This document shows positions 26,752 to 36,162 of a stretch of DNA of 64,000 nucleotides, piece after piece. Every line of letters begins with the position of its first letter. Within the stretch, counting starts at the first letter, position 1. The notes under the pieces are model-generated. The model was not told the origin of the DNA and did no database searches. It saw only the letters and a program-made list of their open reading frames with translations. The stretch is from Candidatus Binatia bacterium (lineage in GTDB: Bacteria > Desulfobacterota > Binatia > UBA1149 > CAITLU01): the NCBI GenBank assembly GCA_047611725.1, contig JBLFWR010000003.1:18779-82778 (forward strand), written 5' to 3'. The translations under genes and the position numbers were made by a program.

Positions 26752-27795
26752 ATGCGCATCGAAACCGCCGTACCCTTAGGAAATTGGAGAGCCGTATCTG
26801 CAGCCGCCCGCCGCGCCGAGGCCGCGGGGTTTGATGGGCTCGAGAGCTTCGAGATTGCCGCCGATCCTTTCGCGCCGCTGGTCATCGCGACGCTGGCCAC
26901 CGAACGCATACACCTGGGAACAGCCATCGCCGTATGCTTTCCGCGAAGCCCAATGGTCATGGCCAACATCGCCTGGGATCTGAACGTCGAAAGCGGCGGG
27001 CGTTTCACACTCGGGTTGGGAACGCAGGTCAAAGGGCACAACGAACGTCGTTTCAGCGTTCCTTGGAGTCCGCCACTTCCTAGGCTTCGCGAGTATGTGG
27101 GGGCACTTCGTGCGATTTGGAAGACCTGGGAAACCGGCGAGCCTCTCGCCTTTGAGGGCAAGCACTACAACTTCTCGTTGATGACCCCGGAGTTCTCGCC
27201 CAAGCCGTCCGGAATCGCGCCTCCTCCGATCACTGTGGCTGCAGTAAAGCCGGCGATGCTTAAAACAGCGGGACGCGTCTGCGATGGCGTGCGACTTCAC
27301 GGATTCGCAACCCGCAAGTACCTTGAAGAAACGGCGATGCCCGCGTTGGTGGAGGGAATGGAGATGAGCGGACGTGATCGCTCGAACTTCGAGATCTGGG
27401 GCGGTGGCTTTATCGCCACAGGGCGCGACGACGAAGCGGTCAACAAGGCTCTGGAAGGTATTCGCTACCGTATCGGCTTCTACGGCTCGACGCGCAGCTA
27501 CCATGGCGTGCTTGCCGCACACGGCGCCGAGGACCTCGGCATGAAACTTCACGACATGTCTAAGCAGGGAAAGTGGAAAGAGATGGCCGCCGAAATTCCC
27601 GACGATCTTCTTCACGAATTTGTTGCGGTGGCGACCTATGACGGCCTGGTGGATATCGTCAGCAAGCGATTCGGCGGCATCACCGATTCGATCACCATCG
27701 ATTTTCCAGCCGACGCCGATCCAGGATTTTTTGCGGAGCTAGTAAGCGACCTTCAAAAAATCCCATCCACCTTCGAGACGTTCGCCACCGCCTAA
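26752..27795 (+). CDS. LLM-class (luciferase-like) flavin/F420-dependent oxidoreductase
   Basis: Luciferase-like TIM-barrel motifs (GFDGLESFEIAADPF, GLGTQVKGHNERRF). Confidence 0.75.
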   Translation: MRIETAVPLGNWRAVSAAARRAEAAGFDGLESFEIAADPFAPLVIATLATERIHLGTAIAVCFPRSPMVMANIAWDLNVESGGRFTLGLGTQVKGHNERRFSVPWSPPLPRLREYVGALRAIWKTWETGEPLAFEGKHYNFSLMTPEFSPKPSGIAPPPITVAAVKPAMLKTAGRVCDGVRLHGFATRKYLEETAMPALVEGMEMSGRDRSNFEIWGGGFIATGRDDEAVNKALEGIRYRIGFYGSTRSYHGVLAAHGAEDLGMKLHDMSKQGKWKEMAAEIPDDLLHEFVAVATYDGLVDIVSKRFGGITDSITIDFPADADPGFFAELVSDLQKIPSTFETFATA

Positions 27796-27798
27796 AAG

Positions 27799-27855
27799 AA
27801 TCGGGGACGGGTACCGATTTAGCGTAAACGCTAAATCGGTACCCGTCCCCGATTT
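27799..27855. repeat. Palindromic repeat element, copy 2 (26-nt perfect arms, taaa loop), positioned between two convergent stop codons
   Basis: aatcggggacgggtaccgatttagcg-taaa-cgctaaatcggtacccgtccccgatt. It abuts the LLM stop at 27795 and the metzincin stop at 27856. Confidence 0.85.
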
Positions 27856-30435
27856 CTATTTCTTTAGGGCTATGTAGATCAAACCGTCGTCTTTCTTCAA
27901 CGTGTTCATCGTCGCGCCGACACAAACACCTTCGCCGGTAATCAGCTGAATCGTCGGCGACACGTTTCCACCCAGGGCTGCAACGACGCCGAGAGGGAGC
28001 GAAGTCTGCCCTTTTGCCACATTGTTCTTACCAAGCGCATCAGCCTTGCCCTTGCCTGCATCTCCGCTTTTGAGACCAATCTTCGCAACGCCCTGAGTGG
28101 CCACGTCTTTGTCCTTGTAGCCGTATCCCTTCGTGCCCTTGGCCTTCCAACAAGGCTTGCCAGCACAGGTGTCACCCGCGCGCGCGACGACAAACTCCTG
28201 AACGAGATCGGAGAAATCATCATAGATACAAAGCGCCACTTCCGTGAAAGAGTTCACCGGGTCACCGAAGTCGCCTTGAACGGTGGCCTCCTCGATATTG
28301 GTCAACTTAAGCTTCATCTTCTCTTTGCCAGCTTTCTTTTCATTGTACTGAATGCTGGCCCGACCGCCGGTTAAACAACCCAGAGCCGGTGTCGCCGGGC
28401 ACGCGGCCGGTACGGGAATGACTAGGCTGAAATCACCACCCTCAGAGATATTGAAGAAGGTTGCCGCCGGACCGGGGCCTGGGTCCAAAACGCATTCGAC
28501 AAGCACGCGGGCCTGAGACGTCACGACGTTGGGAACGGCGATACTCTCGGATCCATCGTTGGGCGTATCGTCGGCCAAAACCGTAGCAAACGTCGCGCCG
28601 CTATCCGAAGAGAACAAAATGTCTACTGTGGAGCAATTCACCGGCGCGCTGTCGGTGTCGGCAATGTCCCACAGTACGGTCGCGGTGAGGTTGGAGGCCC
28701 ACGCAGTACTGCCGACTGGGCTCGTTACAACGAAAGGCCCCGCACCACCATCCACCGAAAATGCCATTTCGTCGTGTGCGACTCCGCCGCCACCTGCACG
28801 ATTGTCGCGCACGGTCAGACGAAACGTCAGATCTCGCGTCTTGGTTGGCAAAATTTCGCCAATTGTTGATGTACCGCCAAGGATGTCGCTCATTCTCGGG
28901 AAAGTACGAGCGGCCGTTGTCGTAGCGCTAAACGACCGGAAAATCGGCGCGTTGCCTGTCGGCGATTGCGGCACACCTTGCGGGCCCAGGTCGAACTGTT
29001 CCCAGTTGTAAGTCAGCGCATCGAAGTCCGGGTCGGTCGCGGCTCCGGTGAGTGTGAACGGTGTTTCAGACGGGATGGTAAAACCGCCCGCACCCGCGTC
29101 CGGGACCGGCGCAGAGTTTCCGGTGGCCGACGTGGTGCCGCAGGCGCTACCCGACCCAACCGTGGTATGCGCAATCATTTCGTCAAAGCTAAGCGTGTGA
29201 AAGTAGGGATCGCTGTTCGCTTGTAGGTTGTTCGACGAACCGCAAATGCCTGCATACGCCTGAATGGTAGAACCACTGCCTGGTTCATAGGCCGTATCCT
29301 CGGAATGGTTGTCCGACGAACACGACCCTCCCTTCCCGTTCCACGTGTGACTACCCGCGAATTGATGTCCTAGCTCGTGCGCGACGAAATCAACGTAAAA
29401 CGGATCGCCGACAGGAGAACTCAAACCAGTCTCGCCGCCGGCTTTGGCCGACGAGTTGCAGACGACTCCTAGAAAGGCGAGTCCACCGCCACCCGTGGTA
29501 ACCACATGGCCGACGTCGTAATTCGCCGTACCGATCACGGAATCGACGTTCACCTGGTTTTCTCCCAACAGGGCGAACGCGTCTTCATTGGAATAGGGAT
29601 CGGTGCCCGCGTCCAGGTAAATGAGAAGGTCGTTGTTCGCGACGAGCACCAGGCGAGAGGCAATCTCCACCTCGTAGATTCCAGTCACGCGATTAACGAG
29701 CGTGACCAACTCAGCGGCCACTGCCGGCACGGTCCCACCGTGAAACGTGCTGTACTCGCCGTCGGCGGCCATCGCCAAACGATAGGTACGCAACGTGTCC
29801 CCTGAGGCGACCGACACAACCCCACGCGCCAACAGTGAGTTGGTCGCGGCAGCGCGCTTACCACCTGGATCCAGAGGCGGTAGCAAGTCGATCGTTGCCC
29901 CGTGTCTGGGGCGATAGTCACGCTTTTTGTAGCTAACGTAGTTCCGAACTTGACCAGGTGAGTACGGATCGATGTAGATCGCGCCGTTCGGGGAGAGGAT
30001 CTGCGCGTGGAAGCCGGCCGGCGTCCAGTCCAAACGAACCGTCGCGTCAGGGTCGTCGATGCCCTGGCCCACAAAAGTTTGGATCTCGGGGAATTTGGCG
30101 GCCAGGCCGGGCTCCATGACCGGTGACTCAACCAACGAGAAACGCCCCGTCGAGCCGTCCGGCATCGGTAGCCCGACGATCGTCCCCGTAGACCCCGTAT
30201 TCTCCCCCGGGACCGTCGACAAGAAACCTTCCCAACCAATCACGTCGAGTTCTACGGTTCGATAGACGTCGGGGACGATCACCCTTGCCTGGCGCGCCAG
30301 TGCAGGGGAATCAGCGACGTCAGACCAAAACGAAGCGTCGGCGGCCAAAGCAGTCTGGGCGTGAAACGCAAGGGTCAAAAAACCAAGACAAAAGACGAAA
30401 GTTGAGGCAACCCGGAACGGTTTCTGAAAATGCAT
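27856..30435 (-). CDS. Secreted metzincin zinc metalloprotease (reprolysin/M12B-like) with a Lys/Gly-rich C-terminal domain
   Basis: Signal peptide (MHFQKPFRVASTFVFCLGFLTLAFHAQTALA). The HELGHQFAGSH motif fits the HExxHxxGxxH metzincin consensus. Several beta-rich domains. Internal ATG start. Confidence 0.7.
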   Translation of the reverse strand: MHFQKPFRVASTFVFCLGFLTLAFHAQTALAADASFWSDVADSPALARQARVIVPDVYRTVELDVIGWEGFLSTVPGENTGSTGTIVGLPMPDGSTGRFSLVESPVMEPGLAAKFPEIQTFVGQGIDDPDATVRLDWTPAGFHAQILSPNGAIYIDPYSPGQVRNYVSYKKRDYRPRHGATIDLLPPLDPGGKRAAATNSLLARGVVSVASGDTLRTYRLAMAADGEYSTFHGGTVPAVAAELVTLVNRVTGIYEVEIASRLVLVANNDLLIYLDAGTDPYSNEDAFALLGENQVNVDSVIGTANYDVGHVVTTGGGGLAFLGVVCNSSAKAGGETGLSSPVGDPFYVDFVAHELGHQFAGSHTWNGKGGSCSSDNHSEDTAYEPGSGSTIQAYAGICGSSNNLQANSDPYFHTLSFDEMIAHTTVGSGSACGTTSATGNSAPVPDAGAGGFTIPSETPFTLTGAATDPDFDALTYNWEQFDLGPQGVPQSPTGNAPIFRSFSATTTAARTFPRMSDILGGTSTIGEILPTKTRDLTFRLTVRDNRAGGGGVAHDEMAFSVDGGAGPFVVTSPVGSTAWASNLTATVLWDIADTDSAPVNCSTVDILFSSDSGATFATVLADDTPNDGSESIAVPNVVTSQARVLVECVLDPGPGPAATFFNISEGGDFSLVIPVPAACPATPALGCLTGGRASIQYNEKKAGKEKMKLKLTNIEEATVQGDFGDPVNSFTEVALCIYDDFSDLVQEFVVARAGDTCAGKPCWKAKGTKGYGYKDKDVATQGVAKIGLKSGDAGKGKADALGKNNVAKGQTSLPLGVVAALGGNVSPTIQLITGEGVCVGATMNTLKKDDGLIYIALKK

Positions 30436-30754
30436 CCAGGGGTTACACCATAGATCGGTGGTCCTTATCAAGGTGTTCCGCGTAGCTTCCCCCGATACAG
30501 TTCTATAGACGCACCCACGCCCCCATCCCGGCTGGCGACCCAACATGACAGACAGCAATCGGTCCACCCAAACGGCCTCGCCGACGACGCCGGACCGCTG
30601 CGCGGCCGATTTCTCCACCGAATCGAAGACTTGGGCGGCATTCGTTTGATTCTCTAAAGCCTAAGCTCGCTGCGCGAAACCGTGCCCCTGTGGCGACAGC
30701 CGAAAAAGGAGCTCCGTACTTGCGTACAGGTATGCATGTAAGTACAAGTAATGC

Positions 30755-31372
30755 ATGGCGAGAACTTCCAACGCCCGCACCCAGACCCAGCGCTCAACCC
30801 AGACGAGGCTGCGCCTGGTTCAGGCGGCCACTGCTTCGCTGATTGAAAGTGGCTACGCCTACACAACCACGGTCGAGGTCTGCCAGCGCGCGGGCCTAAC
30901 TCGAGGCGCTTTCCATCACCACTACGCCAGTTTGGGCGAGCTTCTTGTGTCAGTCCTTGAGCATTTGTACGACCAGATGCGGCCGCCCACCGATGCCGAC
31001 CAACCGGAATCGCCGGAATCGCCGGAGTCGCTCGAAGCACTGCTACACCTCGGAGCGCAGCACATAAGCCGCCCAGAGTTCAAAGCAGTGATCGAAATCT
31101 GGCTTGCGGCACGCAACGATTCCGAGCTTGCTGTTGAGTTGCGGCCCGCGATCGCAAAACTGAGCCTGCTTTTCAGCCCTAACCGGAACTCACGACTCTC
31201 GGCGCTTTTGGAATCCGACCCGAGCCGAGCCGCGTTCTATCGATTGATGTTCGAAGCCTTGATCGGTCTCGCATTGGGGCGCGCAACCTCAACCGACGAC
31301 AGACCGGTTGAGCATGAAAAACAGGTCATCGACCTTCTCGCCTCGCAGGCGCGCGAGTACGACCGGCGCTGA
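30755..31372 (+). CDS. TetR family transcriptional regulator
   Basis: Helix-turn-helix TTVEVCQRAGLTRGAFHHHY. Contains a PESPESPES repeat. Confidence 0.75.
   Translation: MARTSNARTQTQRSTQTRLRLVQAATASLIESGYAYTTTVEVCQRAGLTRGAFHHHYASLGELLVSVLEHLYDQMRPPTDADQPESPESPESLEALLHLGAQHISRPEFKAVIEIWLAARNDSELAVELRPAIAKLSLLFSPNRNSRLSALLESDPSRAAFYRLMFEALIGLALGRATSTDDRPVEHEKQVIDLLASQAREYDRR
31004..31030 (+). repeat. 9-mer tandem repeat (ccggaatcg x3) inside the TetR gene
   Basis: Seen directly in the sequence. Confidence 0.8.
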
Positions 31373-31455
31373 TCGCGAAGAACCCGTAACCGATTCGCCG
31401 AACAACGATTGCCCCGAGCCCCTCGCCGCTTGAGGAACAAAAGGAATCAAAGGCT

Positions 31456-33708
31456 ATGCCCGCCATTTACTCGATCGATCGCAACGCGATGTCCGGACCG
31501 CGCCGTTCCACGAAAGCCAAGCCGGGTATAACAACCTACAAAACTCTCTGCGCCAGTTGCGACATCGCTTGTAGTGTTGTTACCGAAGTCAAAGATGGCC
31601 GCGTCGTTCGGGTTCGGTCGTCTGACAATCCGATCTTCAAAGACAACATCTGCATGAAGGGGATCGTTGCTCCGAAGGGCTTCGCCCACCCCGATCGCAT
31701 CCACTATCCGCTGCGACGGGTTGGCGAGCGTGGTTCGGGCAAGTGGGAACGAGTGGGCTGGGATGAGGCAATGTCGGACATTTCAGTTCGCCTAAAAGCG
31801 ATCATCGATGAACATGGACCAGAAGCGTGGGCGGTTTCCACAAGTCAGTGGAATACAGCGACCGATCACGGTCTAGGCCGCCGCATCATGAACCACGTAG
31901 GCTCCCCGAATTGGATTAGCGGAGTCGCCCTTTGCGCGGGCAACACGGCGGCGATCAACCGGCTGACCTACGGATGGTTTCCGTTCGCAGATTTCACCAA
32001 CACGAAATGCATTGTGCTTTTCGGGCACAACCCCAAACGCCACAGCTGGGTTCCAATCTACAATCAGATCCGCAGTGCCCAGGCCCGCGGAGCGAAGCTC
32101 ATCGTCCTGGACCCACGTAGAAGTGAGAACGCTGAGCTGGCAGACATCTGGCTCCCCCTTAAAGCGGGTAGCGACGGAGCGATGTGCTTCGGCTGGCTGA
32201 AAGTCATTCTCGACGAAGGTCTATTCGACAAAGAGTTTGTCGCAAAGTGGACGGTCGGATTTGAAAAACTGCGCGCGCGCGTAAACGAGTACCCCCTGGA
32301 ACGTGTCGCCAAGCTCACCGGCTGCGATATCGAGATGATTAGTGAAGCCGCCCGCATGTACGCAACGCAAGGCCCATCGGTAATTCCGTGGACACCGATC
32401 ACCGACATGCAGCGCAACTCAACGTCTGCGATTCGATTGCACAGCATCCTGCGAGCTGTGTGCGGCTACCTCGACGTTCCTGGCGGCGAGTCGTTCCAAG
32501 GTTTCAACCCCGACGTGATTTCAGAATCTGAAATCGAAATGCACGAAGCTTTAAGCGAAGAGCAGAAAGCCAAACAACTCGGCTCCGACACCCATCCGGC
32601 ATTTACCTACCGTGGGCAGCAAGCCCTGCGCGAGCCAAGTAAACGCGTATGGGGACACGAGTATGCGAACCAAGTTACCGGGTGCTTCATGGCCAACCCG
32701 TCGGCGACGTTCCGCGCGATGGCAGGAGAAGGCCCATACCCGGTCAAGGCTTTTTTCACGCTTGGCAATAACACGATGATGAGCTTCGCCAACATGCCGT
32801 TGATCATCAAGGCGATGATGAATCAGGATCTGATCGTCGTGCACGAGCAGTTCATGACTCCAACGGCACAGCTGGCTGATTACATTTTTCCCGGAGACAG
32901 CTGGCTCGAACGCCCGTGGCTCATGGATGGATTTGGCTGGACGTCGATGTACCGCCCCTCGCAAAAATCGATGAACCCGCCCGGAGAATGTGAAAGCACA
33001 TTTGGATTCTGGAAGCGGCTGGCCAACGCCATGGACCTCAACGACGTTGTGCCTTGGGCAAAACTCGAGGATTTTTACGACGAACGCCTGCGCAAAACCG
33101 GAATGAACTTCGCCCAGTTCGCTGAAACACACGAGGTGTATTTTGGCCCCTTGGAATACAAGAAATACGAGCAAACGGGTTTTGCGACGCCGAGCGGAAA
33201 GGTTGAACTAGCCTCATCGATTCTTGCCGACCTCGGCTTCGACGCCCTTCCCTACTTCCGTGAAGATCCTGAGATTGACCCGAAGTTCCCGTTGATGATG
33301 TTCACCGGCGTGCGCGAAGACGAGTACTTCCAAACTGGGCATCGGCACATTCCGGAGATGCGCAGCCGCAAACCAGAGCCCACCCTTTTCATCAGCCCAA
33401 ACACAGCCACCGAAGTAGGCGTGGTTGAAGACGAGTGGGTCGAGGTCATGAACCCAACCGGCAAGATCAAGATCATGGTCAGCATTCGTGAATCGATGCC
33501 CGACGGTTTGGTTCGCATCCCCCATGGCTGGTGGAAGCCTGAGATGAAACAAGGCGCGGGCCATTTATCGGGCGCCCTGGATTTCGCCGACGCGCAACTT
33601 TGCCCCGACGATGAAGACTACCTAGATCGAGAACAGGGCATCCCGCACTTGAAAGGTATCCCGTGTCGCATCGATAAAATCTCCGCAACCCCGGGACTAT
33701 CGCAATGA
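31456..33708 (+). CDS. Molybdopterin-dependent oxidoreductase (DMSO-reductase family catalytic subunit)
   Basis: N-terminal 4Fe-4S Cys cluster (CASCDIAC...C), molybdopterin oxidoreductase and molybdopterin dinucleotide-binding domains. 750 aa. Confidence 0.8.
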   Translation: MPAIYSIDRNAMSGPRRSTKAKPGITTYKTLCASCDIACSVVTEVKDGRVVRVRSSDNPIFKDNICMKGIVAPKGFAHPDRIHYPLRRVGERGSGKWERVGWDEAMSDISVRLKAIIDEHGPEAWAVSTSQWNTATDHGLGRRIMNHVGSPNWISGVALCAGNTAAINRLTYGWFPFADFTNTKCIVLFGHNPKRHSWVPIYNQIRSAQARGAKLIVLDPRRSENAELADIWLPLKAGSDGAMCFGWLKVILDEGLFDKEFVAKWTVGFEKLRARVNEYPLERVAKLTGCDIEMISEAARMYATQGPSVIPWTPITDMQRNSTSAIRLHSILRAVCGYLDVPGGESFQGFNPDVISESEIEMHEALSEEQKAKQLGSDTHPAFTYRGQQALREPSKRVWGHEYANQVTGCFMANPSATFRAMAGEGPYPVKAFFTLGNNTMMSFANMPLIIKAMMNQDLIVVHEQFMTPTAQLADYIFPGDSWLERPWLMDGFGWTSMYRPSQKSMNPPGECESTFGFWKRLANAMDLNDVVPWAKLEDFYDERLRKTGMNFAQFAETHEVYFGPLEYKKYEQTGFATPSGKVELASSILADLGFDALPYFREDPEIDPKFPLMMFTGVREDEYFQTGHRHIPEMRSRKPEPTLFISPNTATEVGVVEDEWVEVMNPTGKIKIMVSIRESMPDGLVRIPHGWWKPEMKQGAGHLSGALDFADAQLCPDDEDYLDREQGIPHLKGIPCRIDKISATPGLSQ

Positions 33709-33989
33709 GTCGTAATAGTGACGGGTACAACGCTCGAGCCCGGCAGGCGAAGATCACCATGTGGCTCGGAAAGCGGGCGTCACGCGACACCGGAATCGTT
33801 GACCGGCTGTGCCGCAAGCTACTCCAGCGCGTGACCCAGCCCGACCCCCAGAACGATTTCATGCATGATGAAATGATTGAGTCCGACCTCGGCTTCGACG
33901 CCGAAGAACTGGCTCGCTATCAGCGCGGCGAGACTGGGCGCGAGACTGCGGGCGAAACCGACGGTGGAACTGGCCGCGAGCCGGATTGA
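33705..33989 (+). CDS. Small hypothetical protein translationally coupled to the molybdoenzyme gene
   Basis: ATGA overlap with the upstream gene. 94 aa and acidic. No recognisable family. Confidence 0.35.
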   Translation: MSRNSDGYNARARQAKITMWLGKRASRDTGIVDRLCRKLLQRVTQPDPQNDFMHDEMIESDLGFDAEELARYQRGETGRETAGETDGGTGREPD

Positions 33990-34135
33990 GCCCGTGGGCT
34001 CTGGGGACGGGACCACGGCGGAAGAGGCCCCGCTCGCCCCTAATTTTGCCAGCTTTAGACCCTAAACTGATCGGTGCAGGGCCAGACTCGGCCGTTCGGT
34101 TCGCGCACCGGCATCCAAAACGCTAGGAGAACGGT

Positions 34136-34672
34136 GTGCCCCCCATATCATCCACACCGCGGCCCGCCGAGACCGACCTGCCGGACGAAGTCCTGCGATC
34201 GATTCGACGTATTCTGCGTAGGATCTCCGAGCACTCTCGCTGGTTGTCCCGTGAGATCGGCCTAACCGTGCCGCAATTGGTCTGCATGAGGGCAATCGGG
34301 GTACTCGAGGAATCTGGCAAACGAGAAATCACCGTAGCCCTGGTCGCGGCTGAGGTTTCGATGAGTGCACCTACCGTCTCAAGAATCCTTGATCGCATGG
34401 TTACGGCTGGCCTCGTGACGCGCGAGCGGCGTGCAATAGATCGCCGCAAAGTGTGCCTGAGTCTGACTGATTTGGGGGCCGAGCGCCGGGCTTCATTACC
34501 GTCGGCGCTCCAAGATCGCTTCACGGATAGACTAAGTTCTCTTCCGGAAATTCGCCGCCGCGAACTACTCGGGGCATTGAACGAAATCGGTGCGATGATG
34601 GATGCCGATGACTTGGTAGCAGCGCCGATTCTCACTGAGGGCTCTGACCTCAAGCCTCCAGTCGAAGGCTGA
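34136..34672 (+). CDS. MarR family transcriptional regulator
   Basis: Winged helix-turn-helix (LTVPQLVCMRAIG...VSRILDRMV.AGLV.RER...DRR). Confidence 0.8.
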   Translation: MPPISSTPRPAETDLPDEVLRSIRRILRRISEHSRWLSREIGLTVPQLVCMRAIGVLEESGKREITVALVAAEVSMSAPTVSRILDRMVTAGLVTRERRAIDRRKVCLSLTDLGAERRASLPSALQDRFTDRLSSLPEIRRRELLGALNEIGAMMDADDLVAAPILTEGSDLKPPVEG

Positions 34673-34696
34673 GCCAACCAGCCTCAATCAGGATTC

Positions 34697-36133
34697 TTAT
34701 CCTTTGTTCGCCAGCGTGCGGCTTTCCACGGCCGACCAGATCGCGTGGATCGTGAATGGCACCAACATCCCGGGCAGCAGCTTGAAAATGTCCCCCGCCC
34801 ACGGCGAGGCTCCCCAGGCAAAAACAGTCGCCAGGCCAGCCACCATCATCACGACTCCCTGAGCACTGCCGACGTCGCGACCAGCCACCCGCAAAACCAT
34901 TAGAGGGCCGAGACTGGCACCAAGAGCCGACCAGGCGACAAGCACGAGATCGAAGACGCCCCCTTGAGCAAAGATGGCCAGAAACAGGGCCAAGCTCGTT
35001 ACCGCCAGCGTCGCCGCTTTGGATGCGAAGCTAGACTTGTTCAAGTGCGGCGCCAGGTCCTGGGTCACGACCGCCGAACAAGCCAAAACCTGCGAGTCGG
35101 CCGTAGACATGGTCGCCGAAAACAGCCCAGCCAGAACAAGGCCGACAAGGACCTGAGGCAACAGTAAGTTCGCTAGCAGCGGAAGCGTTTGCTCCGCGGC
35201 GGCAGCCGAGGCGCCTGCCGGTACGGCCGCGACAAGATCGGGAAGCAAGACCCGACCGCAAAGGCCTGCAAGCACCGCCAGAATATTGAACGGAATGAAC
35301 CACGCGAAGTACACGCGGCGCGCCGCCGGAATGGCATCGACCGAACAGATGGCCATGCTTCGAACCAAAATGTGAGGCTGCCCAACGGCTCCAAAGCCCG
35401 CCACGACGAAACCGAGGAAGTACAGTCCGAAGCCAAACGCCAACCCTTGTGGCAACCACTCGACCAGTGACGGATCTTGCGTTGCCAACGAGGTCATCAG
35501 GTTCGACGGACCACCGATCTGAACCATCGCCATCGTGGTCAGCAGCAACATCGACCCGAACATCACGAACGATTGCACTGCGTCCGTCCAGATCGAGGCG
35601 CGCAGCCCGCCGGAAAAACAATACGCCGTAACGATGGTAGCGCCCAGTGTGGCACCGGCCCATGGTGGCCAGCCGAAAAGCTGTTCAAGAGCTAGGCTTC
35701 CGGCTCGGAACTGAGCCGCAGCGTAGCCGCCTAGAAAAATGAACGTGAGTAGGCCCGCGACGATGAGGATCCCGCGCTCGCGCTTGCCGTCATCGCGCGT
35801 GGCAAGCAGCGAAGTAACCGACGAAATTTCTAGTCGCCCAGAGATTTCACGCACACGGCCGTGGACCCATAGCCATACGAAAAGATCGCCAACCACCCAG
35901 CCAGCCTGCAGCCACACGGCCTGGACGCCGAACCGGTACGCGAAGCCAAGCAGGCCGATGAACATGAAACCGCTGTTGTTGGTGGCAACCGACGACAGCG
36001 CCGTCAACCACGGCGAGACCGTGCGACCGGCGACTAGGTAGTCTTCGGTCGTTCCGGTACTCTTTCGCACCGACAACAAGCCGACCACGCTGAAGAGCGA
36101 GAGAAAGAAAATGAAGCTGAGAGCAGCCTGCAT
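34697..36133 (-). CDS. Sodium:solute symporter family transporter
   Basis: About 13 transmembrane segments. N-terminal SSS-family consensus (DYLVAGR...S..AT..S...F.G). Confidence 0.8.
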   Translation of the reverse strand: MQAALSFIFFLSLFSVVGLLSVRKSTGTTEDYLVAGRTVSPWLTALSSVATNNSGFMFIGLLGFAYRFGVQAVWLQAGWVVGDLFVWLWVHGRVREISGRLEISSVTSLLATRDDGKRERGILIVAGLLTFIFLGGYAAAQFRAGSLALEQLFGWPPWAGATLGATIVTAYCFSGGLRASIWTDAVQSFVMFGSMLLLTTMAMVQIGGPSNLMTSLATQDPSLVEWLPQGLAFGFGLYFLGFVVAGFGAVGQPHILVRSMAICSVDAIPAARRVYFAWFIPFNILAVLAGLCGRVLLPDLVAAVPAGASAAAAEQTLPLLANLLLPQVLVGLVLAGLFSATMSTADSQVLACSAVVTQDLAPHLNKSSFASKAATLAVTSLALFLAIFAQGGVFDLVLVAWSALGASLGPLMVLRVAGRDVGSAQGVVMMVAGLATVFAWGASPWAGDIFKLLPGMLVPFTIHAIWSAVESRTLANKG

Positions 36134-36162
36134 CTGGCGACCTCAGCCCTGAGCCCGCGGGT

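Noticed and set aside
30436-30754. AT-rich patch with ATGCAT repeats (around 30700-30750) upstream of the TetR gene 30755..31372
   Set aside because: A possible TetR operator in the divergent region, but no clean palindrome could be defined by eye. Recorded as a note only.
34964-35663. Several ORFs (35031..35663 minus strand, 35189..35470 plus strand and others) inside the SSS transporter gene
   Set aside because: Alternative frames of a high-GC membrane-protein gene. Arg/Gly-rich translation typical of off-frame GC-rich DNA.
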